Part shown: in pieces, positions 9,684 through 18,513 of the stretch
How positions within the stretch are numbered: position 1 is the first letter of the stretch
Layout: the number at the start of each line of letters is the position of its first letter
Source: Bacteroidales bacterium
GTDB lineage: Bacteria > Bacteroidota > Bacteroidia > Bacteroidales > F082
Direction: 5' to 3'
Assembly (NCBI GenBank): GCA_017549805.1
Contig: JAFYNJ010000018.1
Span: 12,503 to 76,502, forward strand
DNA: 64,000 nucleotides
Program-made: the position numbers and the translations under genes
The notes under the pieces: generated by a model
Databases searched by the model: none
Told to the model about the DNA's origin: nothing
Seen by the model: only the letters and a program-made list of their open reading frames with translations

Positions 9684-11912
9684 CCGACCGGTAATCCATT
9701 CGGAGCCACCACCCACCATCACGGTGAATGCCCCAGGCTCCACACGCCATCCATTTTGTGCATCGTAAACGGACAGGTCGCGCTCCGTCAGTTGGAATTT
9801 TATCTGTGTGGATTGCCCTTGATTGAGGTGAATCCTCTGGAATCCCTTGAGCAGCCTGGAGGCAGGTGCTATTGATGCCACCTCATCGCGAACATACAGT
9901 TGCACCACCTCATCGCCGTCAGATGGGCCGACGTTGGTCACCTTGCAGGAGACCTCCATGCCGTCGATTTGCAGGTCGGCATACTCGATTTTTGTATAGC
10001 TCAAGCCATAGCCAAACGGATAGAGCGGCTGGGCCGATTCTTCCACATAGTCGCCCATGGCAGGCTGTGAGTAATAAACCGGAAGTTGTCCCACCGAGCG
10101 CGGCACCGAGATGGGAAGCCGTCCAGCAGGGTTGTAGTCGCCCCAAAGGATGTCGGCCAAAGCAGAGCCACCTTCCATGCCCGGATACCACAGCGTGAGC
10201 AGGGCATCCGAATGTTCGGCAGCCAAGTTCATGTCGAGGGGACGTCCTTGTATATACACCGTCACCACGGGCTTCCCAAGGGCATAAATGCGTTGCATCA
10301 GCTCCTCTTGGCGACCCAACAGCTTCAAGGTGGAACGGTCGTAGCCCTCGCCACAGTCCATGTCGGAGACATGCTCATCCACAATGGCAGCACCTGTGTC
10401 TTCGTAGCTTGTCTTGAAATCGCGCGCCGAGGAGCCACCCACCACCAGAACTACTGCATCGGCTGAACGGGCCGCCTTCACTGCCGCTTCAAGGTCGGCA
10501 TCTTGCTCATCACGGATAGAACATCCTTGGGCATACAGAACCTCTGCCCTGCCCTTTTGCCGAATGCCTTCGAGCATGGTCACAACGCCGTCAGGGTCCT
10601 GAGGAGCGGTGTAGTCGCCAAGTTGGTTGTATTGGTTATCGGCATTGGGTCCGATGACGGCCACCTTTTTGATGGCATCGCCGAATGGCAGGATGCCGTT
10701 GTTTTTCAGCAGCACGACCGACTCCAAAGCCACTTGTTTGGCCAGTTGGGCGCTCTCGGAAGTGCCCACTTCGGTTTCGGCCAAAGTCTCGTCCACGTAT
10801 GGATTTTCAAACAATCCGAGATCGTATTTCAGTTGCAGCACACGGCGCACCGAACGGTCGATGTCCGCCTCGGTAACAAGTCCGCGGCGCAAGGCTTCCT
10901 TAAGGAATCCGCCATAGTTGTAGCCTCCAAGGTCGATGTCCACGCCCGCTTTCAGCGCCAAGGCAGCGGCTTCGGCAGGATCGGCAGCCACGTGTTGGGT
11001 GGCATAAAGGGCGTTGACGGCATTCAAGTCGGCAAACACCACACCTTTGAAGCCCCACGACTGGCGCAGCACTGTTTGGAGCAGCCATGTGTTGGCCGAA
11101 CAAGGCACTCCGTCGATGGTGTTGTAGGCTGTCATCACCGTTTGGGCACCACCTTCGCGGATGGCCCTTTCAAACGAGGGCAGGTAGTCCGTCATCAAAT
11201 GGTTTTGTCCCACCTCGGCGTTGGCGGCATTGTGGCCGCCTTGCGGGATGCCATAGGCTGCAAGATGCTTGAGGGTGGCATAAACATGCCGTTGCATGCC
11301 CTTTACGACAGCTGTGCCCAACACGCCCGAGAGGTACGGATCCTCGCCCATGGTCTCCTCCACCCTCGACCAACGCGGGTCGCGGGCGATGTCGAGCACG
11401 GGGCCATAACCGATATGGGCGCCTTGCAGGCGAATCTCACGGCCCATCACCTCGCCCATCTGCTCCAACAGCTCAGGATTCCAGGTGCTGGCTTGGCCGA
11501 TGCCTGTGGGGAACACGGTGGTACCCACGGCCATGTGGCCATGGGGTGTCTCTTCACAGAAGAACATGGGGATGCCAAAACGCGTGTGTTCAACAGCGTG
11601 CCGCTGCATCCTGTTGAGGAGCCGCGCCGACTCAGCTGGATGCAGACCCGTCTCGACGGTTTTCCGTGACCACGGATCGGCACGCAGCACCGCCCAGCAC
11701 GAGCCCAAGGGCATGGTGTCCATCAATTTGACGAAGTCGTCCGACAACCACAGCGAGTCACCGTCTTTTCCGTAATAGTTAAAGCCGATGGGACAAGTCA
11801 GCTGCCCGCATTTCTCCTCGAGGGTCATTTGCGAAATGAGTTCATCTATCTTGTCCGGCTTGGAACAAGCAACAAACGTCACTGCGAGAAGCAATACGGT
11901 CAAACGTCTCAT
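9669..11912 (-). CDS. bglX: Glycoside hydrolase family 3 beta-glucosidase, lipoprotein signal
   Basis: 747 aa. GH3 N- and C-terminal domain motifs (DPRWSRVEETMGEDPYL, GFKGVVFADLNAV). Signal LLLAVTFVAC. Confidence 0.9.
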   Translation of the reverse strand: MRRLTVLLLAVTFVACSKPDKIDELISQMTLEEKCGQLTCPIGFNYYGKDGDSLWLSDDFVKLMDTMPLGSCWAVLRADPWSRKTVETGLHPAESARLLNRMQRHAVEHTRFGIPMFFCEETPHGHMAVGTTVFPTGIGQASTWNPELLEQMGEVMGREIRLQGAHIGYGPVLDIARDPRWSRVEETMGEDPYLSGVLGTAVVKGMQRHVYATLKHLAAYGIPQGGHNAANAEVGQNHLMTDYLPSFERAIREGGAQTVMTAYNTIDGVPCSANTWLLQTVLRQSWGFKGVVFADLNAVNALYATQHVAADPAEAAALALKAGVDIDLGGYNYGGFLKEALRRGLVTEADIDRSVRRVLQLKYDLGLFENPYVDETLAETEVGTSESAQLAKQVALESVVLLKNNGILPFGDAIKKVAVIGPNADNQYNQLGDYTAPQDPDGVVTMLEGIRQKGRAEVLYAQGCSIRDEQDADLEAAVKAARSADAVVLVVGGSSARDFKTSYEDTGAAIVDEHVSDMDCGEGYDRSTLKLLGRQEELMQRIYALGKPVVTVYIQGRPLDMNLAAEHSDALLTLWYPGMEGGSALADILWGDYNPAGRLPISVPRSVGQLPVYYSQPAMGDYVEESAQPLYPFGYGLSYTKIEYADLQIDGMEVSCKVTNVGPSDGDEVVQLYVRDEVASIAPASRLLKGFQRIHLNQGQSTQIKFQLTERDLSVYDAQNGWRVEPGAFTVMVGGGSEWITGRLFQH

Positions 11913-12808
11913 ACCAGATGTCCTATCAAATCCTCACGATCCCCGGGCAACATGTCGATCACGGGAATCTCAACCATGGTGTAGCATCCCGGCTGCAGGC
12001 GCATAGCGGCACGCGCCACGTTCACCAGCACCTGACCCGTCAAGGCGGGGTTGTTGATGCTCATGTGGAACTCCATGCGCTGGTTCTGGGTCTTGCCCGA
12101 GACGCCCTTGCGCACCAGGTTCACACCATGGCCCATGTCGCGGACGGCATCCACGCTATCCACCGCGAACACATGGGTTTCGTCGTTGGCGAAATACGGA
12201 TCCGCCTTGATGTCCTTGGTCACCTGCTCAAGGGTGTAGCCATCCTCCAGCTCCACATACACCATGCGGCGATGGATACCCTCACCCAACGGGATGGTCA
12301 TCGACAGGGCGTTCTTCACGCCTTTCTTGGAGCGCACGCACACGCTGTGGCCCATCGACATGCCTGGACCGAAGTTGGTGTATGACAAGCCCTTGGGCGC
12401 CAAGCTCTGCATCAAGGTGCGCACGATGGAGTCCGAACCCGGATCCCAGCCGGCAGCAATCACGCTCACCGTGTTCGTGGCCTTGTTGATGGGCATCAGC
12501 TCGCGACGGTAGTCCACGATGGAGGTGTGGATGTCGAACGAATCAACGGTACGGATACCCAAAGGCAATATTTGCTTGGCGTAGTCGGGACAGGAACGCG
12601 TCGGACAGGCCAAGATTGCCACATCCACATCGGTCAGTTCCTTGATGTCCTTCACCACTTGATAGTTTGTCAATTCCAAAGGCAGATTGGCAGCGCCATT
12701 GCGACGCACGATGCCTGCCACTTCAAAGTCGGGAGCCGCTTCCAGGGCTTCCAAGGCAAAACGCCCAACATTGCCGTATCCTACTACGGCTGCTCTGATT
12801 TTTTTCAT
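11909..12808 (-). CDS. ddh: meso-diaminopimelate D-dehydrogenase
   Basis: 299 aa, MKKIRAAVVGYGNVGR Rossmann N-terminus. Length and overall sequence are typical of Bacteroidales Ddh. Confidence 0.85.
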   Translation of the reverse strand: MKKIRAAVVGYGNVGRFALEALEAAPDFEVAGIVRRNGAANLPLELTNYQVVKDIKELTDVDVAILACPTRSCPDYAKQILPLGIRTVDSFDIHTSIVDYRRELMPINKATNTVSVIAAGWDPGSDSIVRTLMQSLAPKGLSYTNFGPGMSMGHSVCVRSKKGVKNALSMTIPLGEGIHRRMVYVELEDGYTLEQVTKDIKADPYFANDETHVFAVDSVDAVRDMGHGVNLVRKGVSGKTQNQRMEFHMSINNPALTGQVLVNVARAAMRLQPGCYTMVEIPVIDMLPGDREDLIGHLV

Positions 12809-12811
12809 TTT

Positions 12812-13735
12812 TCAAGATTTTTTTGAGTTCACATTTAGCATGACAATGGAAAACAGCATGACGCACGCCGCAATCCACTGCACAGGAGAATATTTCGTAT
12901 GGTTGACAAAGTAGTCGAGCACCACCGCCGTAATGGGATACAACAGTTCCAAGAAGGTGGATATCGACGCTTTCACATTTCTCAAGCCGTAATAATAAAG
13001 GAAGATAGCACCCGAACCCGTGGTCAGGCCGATGAGCACCACGAAGAGCCAGTTGCGCTGCGTGACCAAGGCGAAATCGAAGAGATGCCCTCCCACCAGC
13101 ACGATCACCAGCATGATGAGCGTGGTGAGGCCATAGCGGAAGAAGGTGGAGGTCACGAAGGAATAGTTGCCCAAGATCTTCTTGGAGAACACCGTGGAAC
13201 TGCCGAACGAAAATGCCGCCAGCAGCGACAGCAAGGCCGCATACACCGTGGTAATGCCGTTGGTGCTGAAATCGGGCAGGCTCCAGCCAAAGGTCATGAA
13301 ATAGCCCGCAATGAGCGCGATGGAAGCCCACAGGGCGAAATCCTTCTTCATCCTTTCCTTCAGGATGATGCGCGCCAGCAGGATGGCAAACACCGGCTGC
13401 AGCTTCTGCAAGAGTACGATGACCGACAGGTTGTTGAAGTTCAGCAGGAAGAGCGACTTCACGATAGCCAGTGTTCCCAAGGCGCCGCCGAAGAGCGCCA
13501 CCAGCAGGAAGAACAGCAAGTCCGAACGGGTCATGGCCTTCAGATGCCTGTATTCCCTGAAGAAGAACAGGTTCATCAGCACAAAGGGAAACAGGTGCAA
13601 CAGAAACACGACGAAAGAGGTGTCGAGGTTGTAGAGCTGCGGGGTAAGCAGGATGCCGTCAACGCCCCATAGCATGGCTGAGAATGCCACTGCCAACGCT
13701 CCTTTGACACGAATTGAACTCTTGTCGTTTTTCAT
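12812..13735 (-). CDS. EamA/DMT family transporter
   Basis: Ten predicted hydrophobic helices in two halves. Start placed at the second Met (MKNDKSSIRV). Confidence 0.75.
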   Translation of the reverse strand: MKNDKSSIRVKGALAVAFSAMLWGVDGILLTPQLYNLDTSFVVFLLHLFPFVLMNLFFFREYRHLKAMTRSDLLFFLLVALFGGALGTLAIVKSLFLLNFNNLSVIVLLQKLQPVFAILLARIILKERMKKDFALWASIALIAGYFMTFGWSLPDFSTNGITTVYAALLSLLAAFSFGSSTVFSKKILGNYSFVTSTFFRYGLTTLIMLVIVLVGGHLFDFALVTQRNWLFVVLIGLTTGSGAIFLYYYGLRNVKASISTFLELLYPITAVVLDYFVNHTKYSPVQWIAACVMLFSIVMLNVNSKKS

Positions 13736-13787
13736 CGGTGAATCCGTAAAACAAAGGTGCAAAGATATAAAATTCCAAATTTTTTCG

Positions 13788-13795
13788 TATCTTTG
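13788..13795 (+). promoter_or_regulatory. -7 promoter box TAtcTTTG upstream of C25 peptidase paralog 2
   Basis: Exact TAnnTTTG match in the AT-rich spacer before the ATG at 13851. Confidence 0.45.
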
Positions 13796-13850
13796 CCCTT
13801 TTAATTTTAGACATAAATCGAATTACTAATTTATATTTTTCAGAATCAAC

Positions 13851-16800
13851 ATGAAAAAGACTGGATTTATCTTGATGTTAGCACTCGTTTGCGGCTTTGT
13901 CAACGCCCAAACCATCGAGAAAAGCTATTATTTTGAACAGCCCTCAATCACTGAACTGCAGGGCTATGAACAGGTTCAACTCCGCGGCTGCATGCAGTCG
14001 GCCCTTGCCGGACAGCCCAGTCTGCCCTGGCAAAGCGTCAGCCTGATGCTTCCCCAAGGTCAGGAGGCCGAATCCATCGAAGTCGTCCTTTCCGACTTCC
14101 AAGAAATCGAAGGCTCGCATATCCTCTACCCTTATCAGCCTTCACGCGCCTATTCCGACACCAACCCTCACCCATTCGTGAAAGACGAGGCCGTCTATAG
14201 CTCCAAGGCCGTTTATCCGAACAAGGCCGAGGGTCGTTTGAGCACCCAATACCTGAACGGCGTCGGCTTCGCCTTCTCTGCCTTCTCCCCTGTCCAATAC
14301 GAACCGGCCACCGGTAAGGTCAGCTATGCCACCAAGGCCACCGTCGTAGTCAGAACCAAGGCATCGCGTGCCGACCATAGCGACATGCTCTGGATGAGCC
14401 CGACCAACCGCGCCCGTGTCCAGCGCCTGGCCCAGAACCCCGAGATGATCGACAATTACGATACCAGAGGCAGGGAGCTCACCGCCTACGACCTGCTCAT
14501 CATCACGGGAGCCAATTTCATCGCAAACTATGACGAATACCGCAACTATTACAACAACATCGGATTGCGCAACCGGATCATTTCGGTTGAAGAAATCTAC
14601 GGCTCAATGGCTGGTTTCGACAACCAGGACAAGATCCGCAACTACATCATCCAGGAATACCAAAACAACGGCATTATGATGGTGGTGCTGGGCGGCGACG
14701 TCAACATCATCCCCTACCGTGGCTTCTTCTGCCAAGTCCAGTCAAGCAGTCTCTATGAGAGCAACGACATTCCTGCCGACCTTTACTATTGCAGTTTGGA
14801 CGGCACCTGGGACGACAACGGCAACAACACTTATGGTGAGATCGGCGAGGACGACCTCCTGCCTGAGATTGGCATGAGCCGCATGTCGTTCCAAAACGCC
14901 ACCGACCTGGCCAACATGGTCAACAAAACCCTGTCGTATCAACAGAATCCCGTTTTGAGCGAGTTCCACAAGGTGATCCTTGCCGGCGAGCATCTCTACG
15001 ACAACCCCAACTCCAACGGTTCTGATTACCTGGAGCTTTTAATCGGCGTCCACGAAGACAACGGTTATACCACCACCGGCTACCCCACCACCTACGATTT
15101 CACCAAACTCTATGAGGAACAGGGCAACTGGAGCGGATCACTGTTGAGGAACGCCATCAATGCCGGAACAAGCTACGTGCATCACAACGGTCACGCCAAC
15201 TCAGGCTATGTGGCCGGTTGGTATGGCATCGACAATAACGACTTCTCAGGAGCCGACGGCACCACGCACAACTATACCCTCTTCCACTCGCAGGGCTGCG
15301 ATTGCGGTGCTTTCGACGAGAACTGCATCCTTGAAAAAATGGTGAAAATCCAGAATTTCGCTGTCGCCGTCATCGGCAACTCACGCTATGGATGGTTCAA
15401 CGAAGGCCAAACCGAGGGTCCGGGCTGCCATCTTGAAAGAGAGATGACCGATTCCCAATGGTACGACCGCATCGGCCTGCTCGGCTGCGCCAACTCCGAT
15501 GGCAAGTGCATGACTGCTCCTTGGGTCACTGCTCCCGGACAATGGGAAGAAGGTGCGCTGCGCTGGAACTTCTACGACATGAACGTCCTCGGCGACGGTG
15601 CCGTCAACGTATGGCTCGACGAGCCGTTTACCGCCGTTGTCGAGTCACCAGAGCAAGTGGTCATCGGCACCCAATCCATCAATGTTACCGTGACCGATCC
15701 CGACGGCAACGGACTGAAGAACTACCGCTGTCTCATCTTCATGGATGACGATGCCATTGCCATGGGCGTGACCGATGAAGACGGCGTTGCCGAGATCGTC
15801 TTCGAAGGCGGTTTGCAAAACGTCGGAGAGATGATCATGAAAGTTACAGGTGTGAACTCCTACCCCATCCAAGTGGAAATGACCGCCGTGCCGAGCAACA
15901 CCCCGTATGTCGTTTACGACAGCTATGTCTTGGCCAATGGCGCCCAGCAGATCGAATTCGGCGGCGACTATGCCTTCGACATGGTGCTGAAGAACGTCGG
16001 CAGCGTCAATGCCAATAACGTCACAGCCACCCTGAGCTGCGAAAGCGAATACATCACCATCAACCAAGCCACCGTCAACGTCGGCAACCTTAACGGCAAC
16101 CAAAGCACCACCCTTGAAAACGCCTTCGCTTTCAGCGTGAGCGACAACGTGCCCAACAAGACCAACGTCCGGTTCAACATCGCCTGCAGCGACGGCACCG
16201 ACACTTGGGAAAGCCATTTCAATGCCAAGATCTTCGCTCCCGAGTTCGAGTTGGTGAGCGTGGTGCTGGAAACCGCCAACGGACAGGCCTTGAACATCGG
16301 CGACAGCGGCACATTGCACTTTACGCTGAAGAACAATGGCAACGCCGCTTTGCCCAATGCCGTTTTCGCCATCTACAACTCACATCCCGAGATCACGACG
16401 GGCACGACCACATGGTCTTACCAGAATGTGGCTCCCGGTCAGGAATTCACCGCCGACCTCGAGTTCACCTTGGGCCAAGACGCCCAATACGGGGTCATGT
16501 ATGAGCTCCCCTACGCTGCCTACTATGGCAACTATCAACTCAACAGCTCCTATTACCTCCCCGTGGGACAATCGGTCGAAGACTTCGAGACGGGCGATTT
16601 CAGCGCCTTCAACTGGCAAAGCGTCAACCCCATCTACGCCTGGGAGATCGTGACACAGAACCCCTACGAAGGCAACTATTGCGCCAGATCGTCGGCCATC
16701 AGCGATTATGAGACCACCTCTTTGTTCATCACCGTAGAGGTCGCCCAAGAGAGCGAAGTAAGCTTCTATTTGAAGGTTTCTTCGGAAAGTTCCTACGACA

Positions 16801-17243
16801 AGTTGTTCTTCTATATCGACAACACAAGCAAAGGCGAATGGTCGGGCGAGGTTGGTTGGACCAGGGCCGCCTATCCCTTGACCGCAGGCACCCACGTGCT
16901 CAAATGGGAGTATTCCAAGGATGTTTCCCTGTCAAGCGGTAGCGACTGCGCTTGGATCGACAACGTTACGTTCCCAGCCTCCACCGTCATCTCAGAGGTC
17001 AAGCAAGAAACAAGCCCGGCTGTTGCCGTCTATCCCAACCCGAACAACGGCAGCTTCAACATTAACTTGCCCGAAGAGGATTGCAACCTCGCGATTTACA
17101 ACAGCGTCGGCCAACTCGTGTATCGTCAGGAAAATGCCAGCGGCTTGACCACCCTCCATCTGGAAGGCTTGGACAACGGCATGTATTTCGTCACCGTACA
17201 GTCGGCAAGCGGCATCAGCACACAGAAGTTCGTAAAGCAATAA
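13851..17243 (+). CDS. C25 (gingipain-like) cysteine peptidase family protein with T9SS C-terminal sorting domain, paralog 2
   Basis: Collinear with 6312..9683 (QTIEKSYYFEQPSI vs QVIEQTYHFNQPAI). His motif YVHHNGHANSG, Cys motif FHSQGCDCGAF. CTD YPNPNNGSFNINL...VTVQSASGISTQKFVKQ. Confidence 0.85.
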   Translation: MKKTGFILMLALVCGFVNAQTIEKSYYFEQPSITELQGYEQVQLRGCMQSALAGQPSLPWQSVSLMLPQGQEAESIEVVLSDFQEIEGSHILYPYQPSRAYSDTNPHPFVKDEAVYSSKAVYPNKAEGRLSTQYLNGVGFAFSAFSPVQYEPATGKVSYATKATVVVRTKASRADHSDMLWMSPTNRARVQRLAQNPEMIDNYDTRGRELTAYDLLIITGANFIANYDEYRNYYNNIGLRNRIISVEEIYGSMAGFDNQDKIRNYIIQEYQNNGIMMVVLGGDVNIIPYRGFFCQVQSSSLYESNDIPADLYYCSLDGTWDDNGNNTYGEIGEDDLLPEIGMSRMSFQNATDLANMVNKTLSYQQNPVLSEFHKVILAGEHLYDNPNSNGSDYLELLIGVHEDNGYTTTGYPTTYDFTKLYEEQGNWSGSLLRNAINAGTSYVHHNGHANSGYVAGWYGIDNNDFSGADGTTHNYTLFHSQGCDCGAFDENCILEKMVKIQNFAVAVIGNSRYGWFNEGQTEGPGCHLEREMTDSQWYDRIGLLGCANSDGKCMTAPWVTAPGQWEEGALRWNFYDMNVLGDGAVNVWLDEPFTAVVESPEQVVIGTQSINVTVTDPDGNGLKNYRCLIFMDDDAIAMGVTDEDGVAEIVFEGGLQNVGEMIMKVTGVNSYPIQVEMTAVPSNTPYVVYDSYVLANGAQQIEFGGDYAFDMVLKNVGSVNANNVTATLSCESEYITINQATVNVGNLNGNQSTTLENAFAFSVSDNVPNKTNVRFNIACSDGTDTWESHFNAKIFAPEFELVSVVLETANGQALNIGDSGTLHFTLKNNGNAALPNAVFAIYNSHPEITTGTTTWSYQNVAPGQEFTADLEFTLGQDAQYGVMYELPYAAYYGNYQLNSSYYLPVGQSVEDFETGDFSAFNWQSVNPIYAWEIVTQNPYEGNYCARSSAISDYETTSLFITVEVAQESEVSFYLKVSSESSYDKLFFYIDNTSKGEWSGEVGWTRAAYPLTAGTHVLKWEYSKDVSLSSGSDCAWIDNVTFPASTVISEVKQETSPAVAVYPNPNNGSFNINLPEEDCNLAIYNSVGQLVYRQENASGLTTLHLEGLDNGMYFVTVQSASGISTQKFVKQ

Positions 17244-17244
17244 C

Positions 17245-18510
17245 ATGAACCAGAACCTGGCCATCGTCTTTATCGGTCTGCTCATCTTTGCAGCACATCT
17301 GTTTACCGAGATCTTCAGTCGTAAGCGGATACCCGATGTGTTGCTCCTGATGATCATCGGACTGGTCATCGGGCCCATCCTGCATTGGGTGAGCCCAGAG
17401 ATGATGGGGTCGTTGGGCAGCATCTTCACCACCATCACGCTGGTCATCCTGCTCTTCGAGAGCGGCACCCAGCTGAACTTCGAGACCTTGCTGAAATCCA
17501 TCAAGGGCACGATGAAGCTCACCACCATCAACTTCTTGCTGACGATGGTGGTGGTGGCTGGATTGGCCGTGCTCCTCGCCAAGCTGGACATCTGGACCAG
17601 CTTGATGTTAGGCGCCATCTTGGGTGGCACTTCTTCAGCCGTGATCATCCCCATGGTCAGCCAGCTGAAGATCTGCCCCAAGAGCCGCACCATCCTCATC
17701 CTCGAGTCGGCCTTCAGCGATGTACTTTGCATCGTCTTCGCCCTGGCCTTGCTCGAGGTGATTGTATCCGGCTCGATGAACATCGGCATCGTGTTGGGCA
17801 AGGTTCTCTATTCCTTCCTCTTAGCCGCCTTGATCGGCATCGTGTCGGCCATCCTGTGGTCCTACGTACTCAACAAGGTGCGCCATGTCAAGAACTCCAT
17901 CCTGACCACGCCCGCCTTCGTCTTCATCGTGTATGGCATCAGCGAGTGGCTGGGATGCAGCGGCGCCATCGCCTCGTTGGCCTTCGGCATCGCCATGGCC
18001 AACATCGACAAGATCTATATCCGTTTCCTCAAGAAGATGCTGAAAACCGAGCCCACCAAGCTGAACGATACCGAGCAACAACTTTTCAGCGAGGTCGTGT
18101 TCCTGCTCAAGACCTTTTTCTTCGTCTATATCGGCATCTCCATCCAGCTCAACCACCTTTGGCCCATCCTCATCGGCCTTATCATCACGGTGGTGCTCTT
18201 TATATTGCGCATTCCCATCGTACAGATCTCCATCTGGAAAAAGGACGACATAGCGCCTGAGGACAAGGCCTTCATGGCCGGCATGGTTCCCAAGGGACTG
18301 GCGGCGGCTGTGCTGGCCACCATCCCCTTGCAAGCCGGTGTCCCCGGTGGCGAGATCATCCAAAACATCGTCTTCGCCGTCATCCTGTTCAGCATCGTCT
18401 TCACTTCCATCATGGTGCCCATCATGGACGGAAACAATGCCGTCAGCCGTTTTTACAGGAATCGCTTTATCAAGAAAGAAGAAGACAGCCTACTCATCAA
18501 AAACGACTAA
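17245..18510 (+). CDS. Cation:proton antiporter (CPA1/Na+-H+ exchanger family), copy 1
   Basis: 421 aa polytopic membrane protein. N-terminus LLIFAAHLFTEIFSRKRIPDVLLLMIIGLVIGP is typical of the sodium/hydrogen exchanger family. Confidence 0.8.
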   Translation: MNQNLAIVFIGLLIFAAHLFTEIFSRKRIPDVLLLMIIGLVIGPILHWVSPEMMGSLGSIFTTITLVILLFESGTQLNFETLLKSIKGTMKLTTINFLLTMVVVAGLAVLLAKLDIWTSLMLGAILGGTSSAVIIPMVSQLKICPKSRTILILESAFSDVLCIVFALALLEVIVSGSMNIGIVLGKVLYSFLLAALIGIVSAILWSYVLNKVRHVKNSILTTPAFVFIVYGISEWLGCSGAIASLAFGIAMANIDKIYIRFLKKMLKTEPTKLNDTEQQLFSEVVFLLKTFFFVYIGISIQLNHLWPILIGLIITVVLFILRIPIVQISIWKKDDIAPEDKAFMAGMVPKGLAAAVLATIPLQAGVPGGEIIQNIVFAVILFSIVFTSIMVPIMDGNNAVSRFYRNRFIKKEEDSLLIKND

Positions 18511-18513
18511 GCC

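Noticed and set aside
7137-11669. Antisense ORFs inside the C25 and GH3 genes (7137..7724, 8517..9641, 10503..11669 and smaller ones)
   Set aside because: Shadow frames opposite strongly supported genes, with repetitive V/G/H/D composition and no start context or promoter box.
12723-13672. ORFs 12723..13331 (-) and 12899..13672 (+) overlapping the EamA transporter gene
   Set aside because: They are out-of-frame or antisense to a coherent 10-TM transporter. Their translations are Arg/His/Gln/Glu-rich low complexity.
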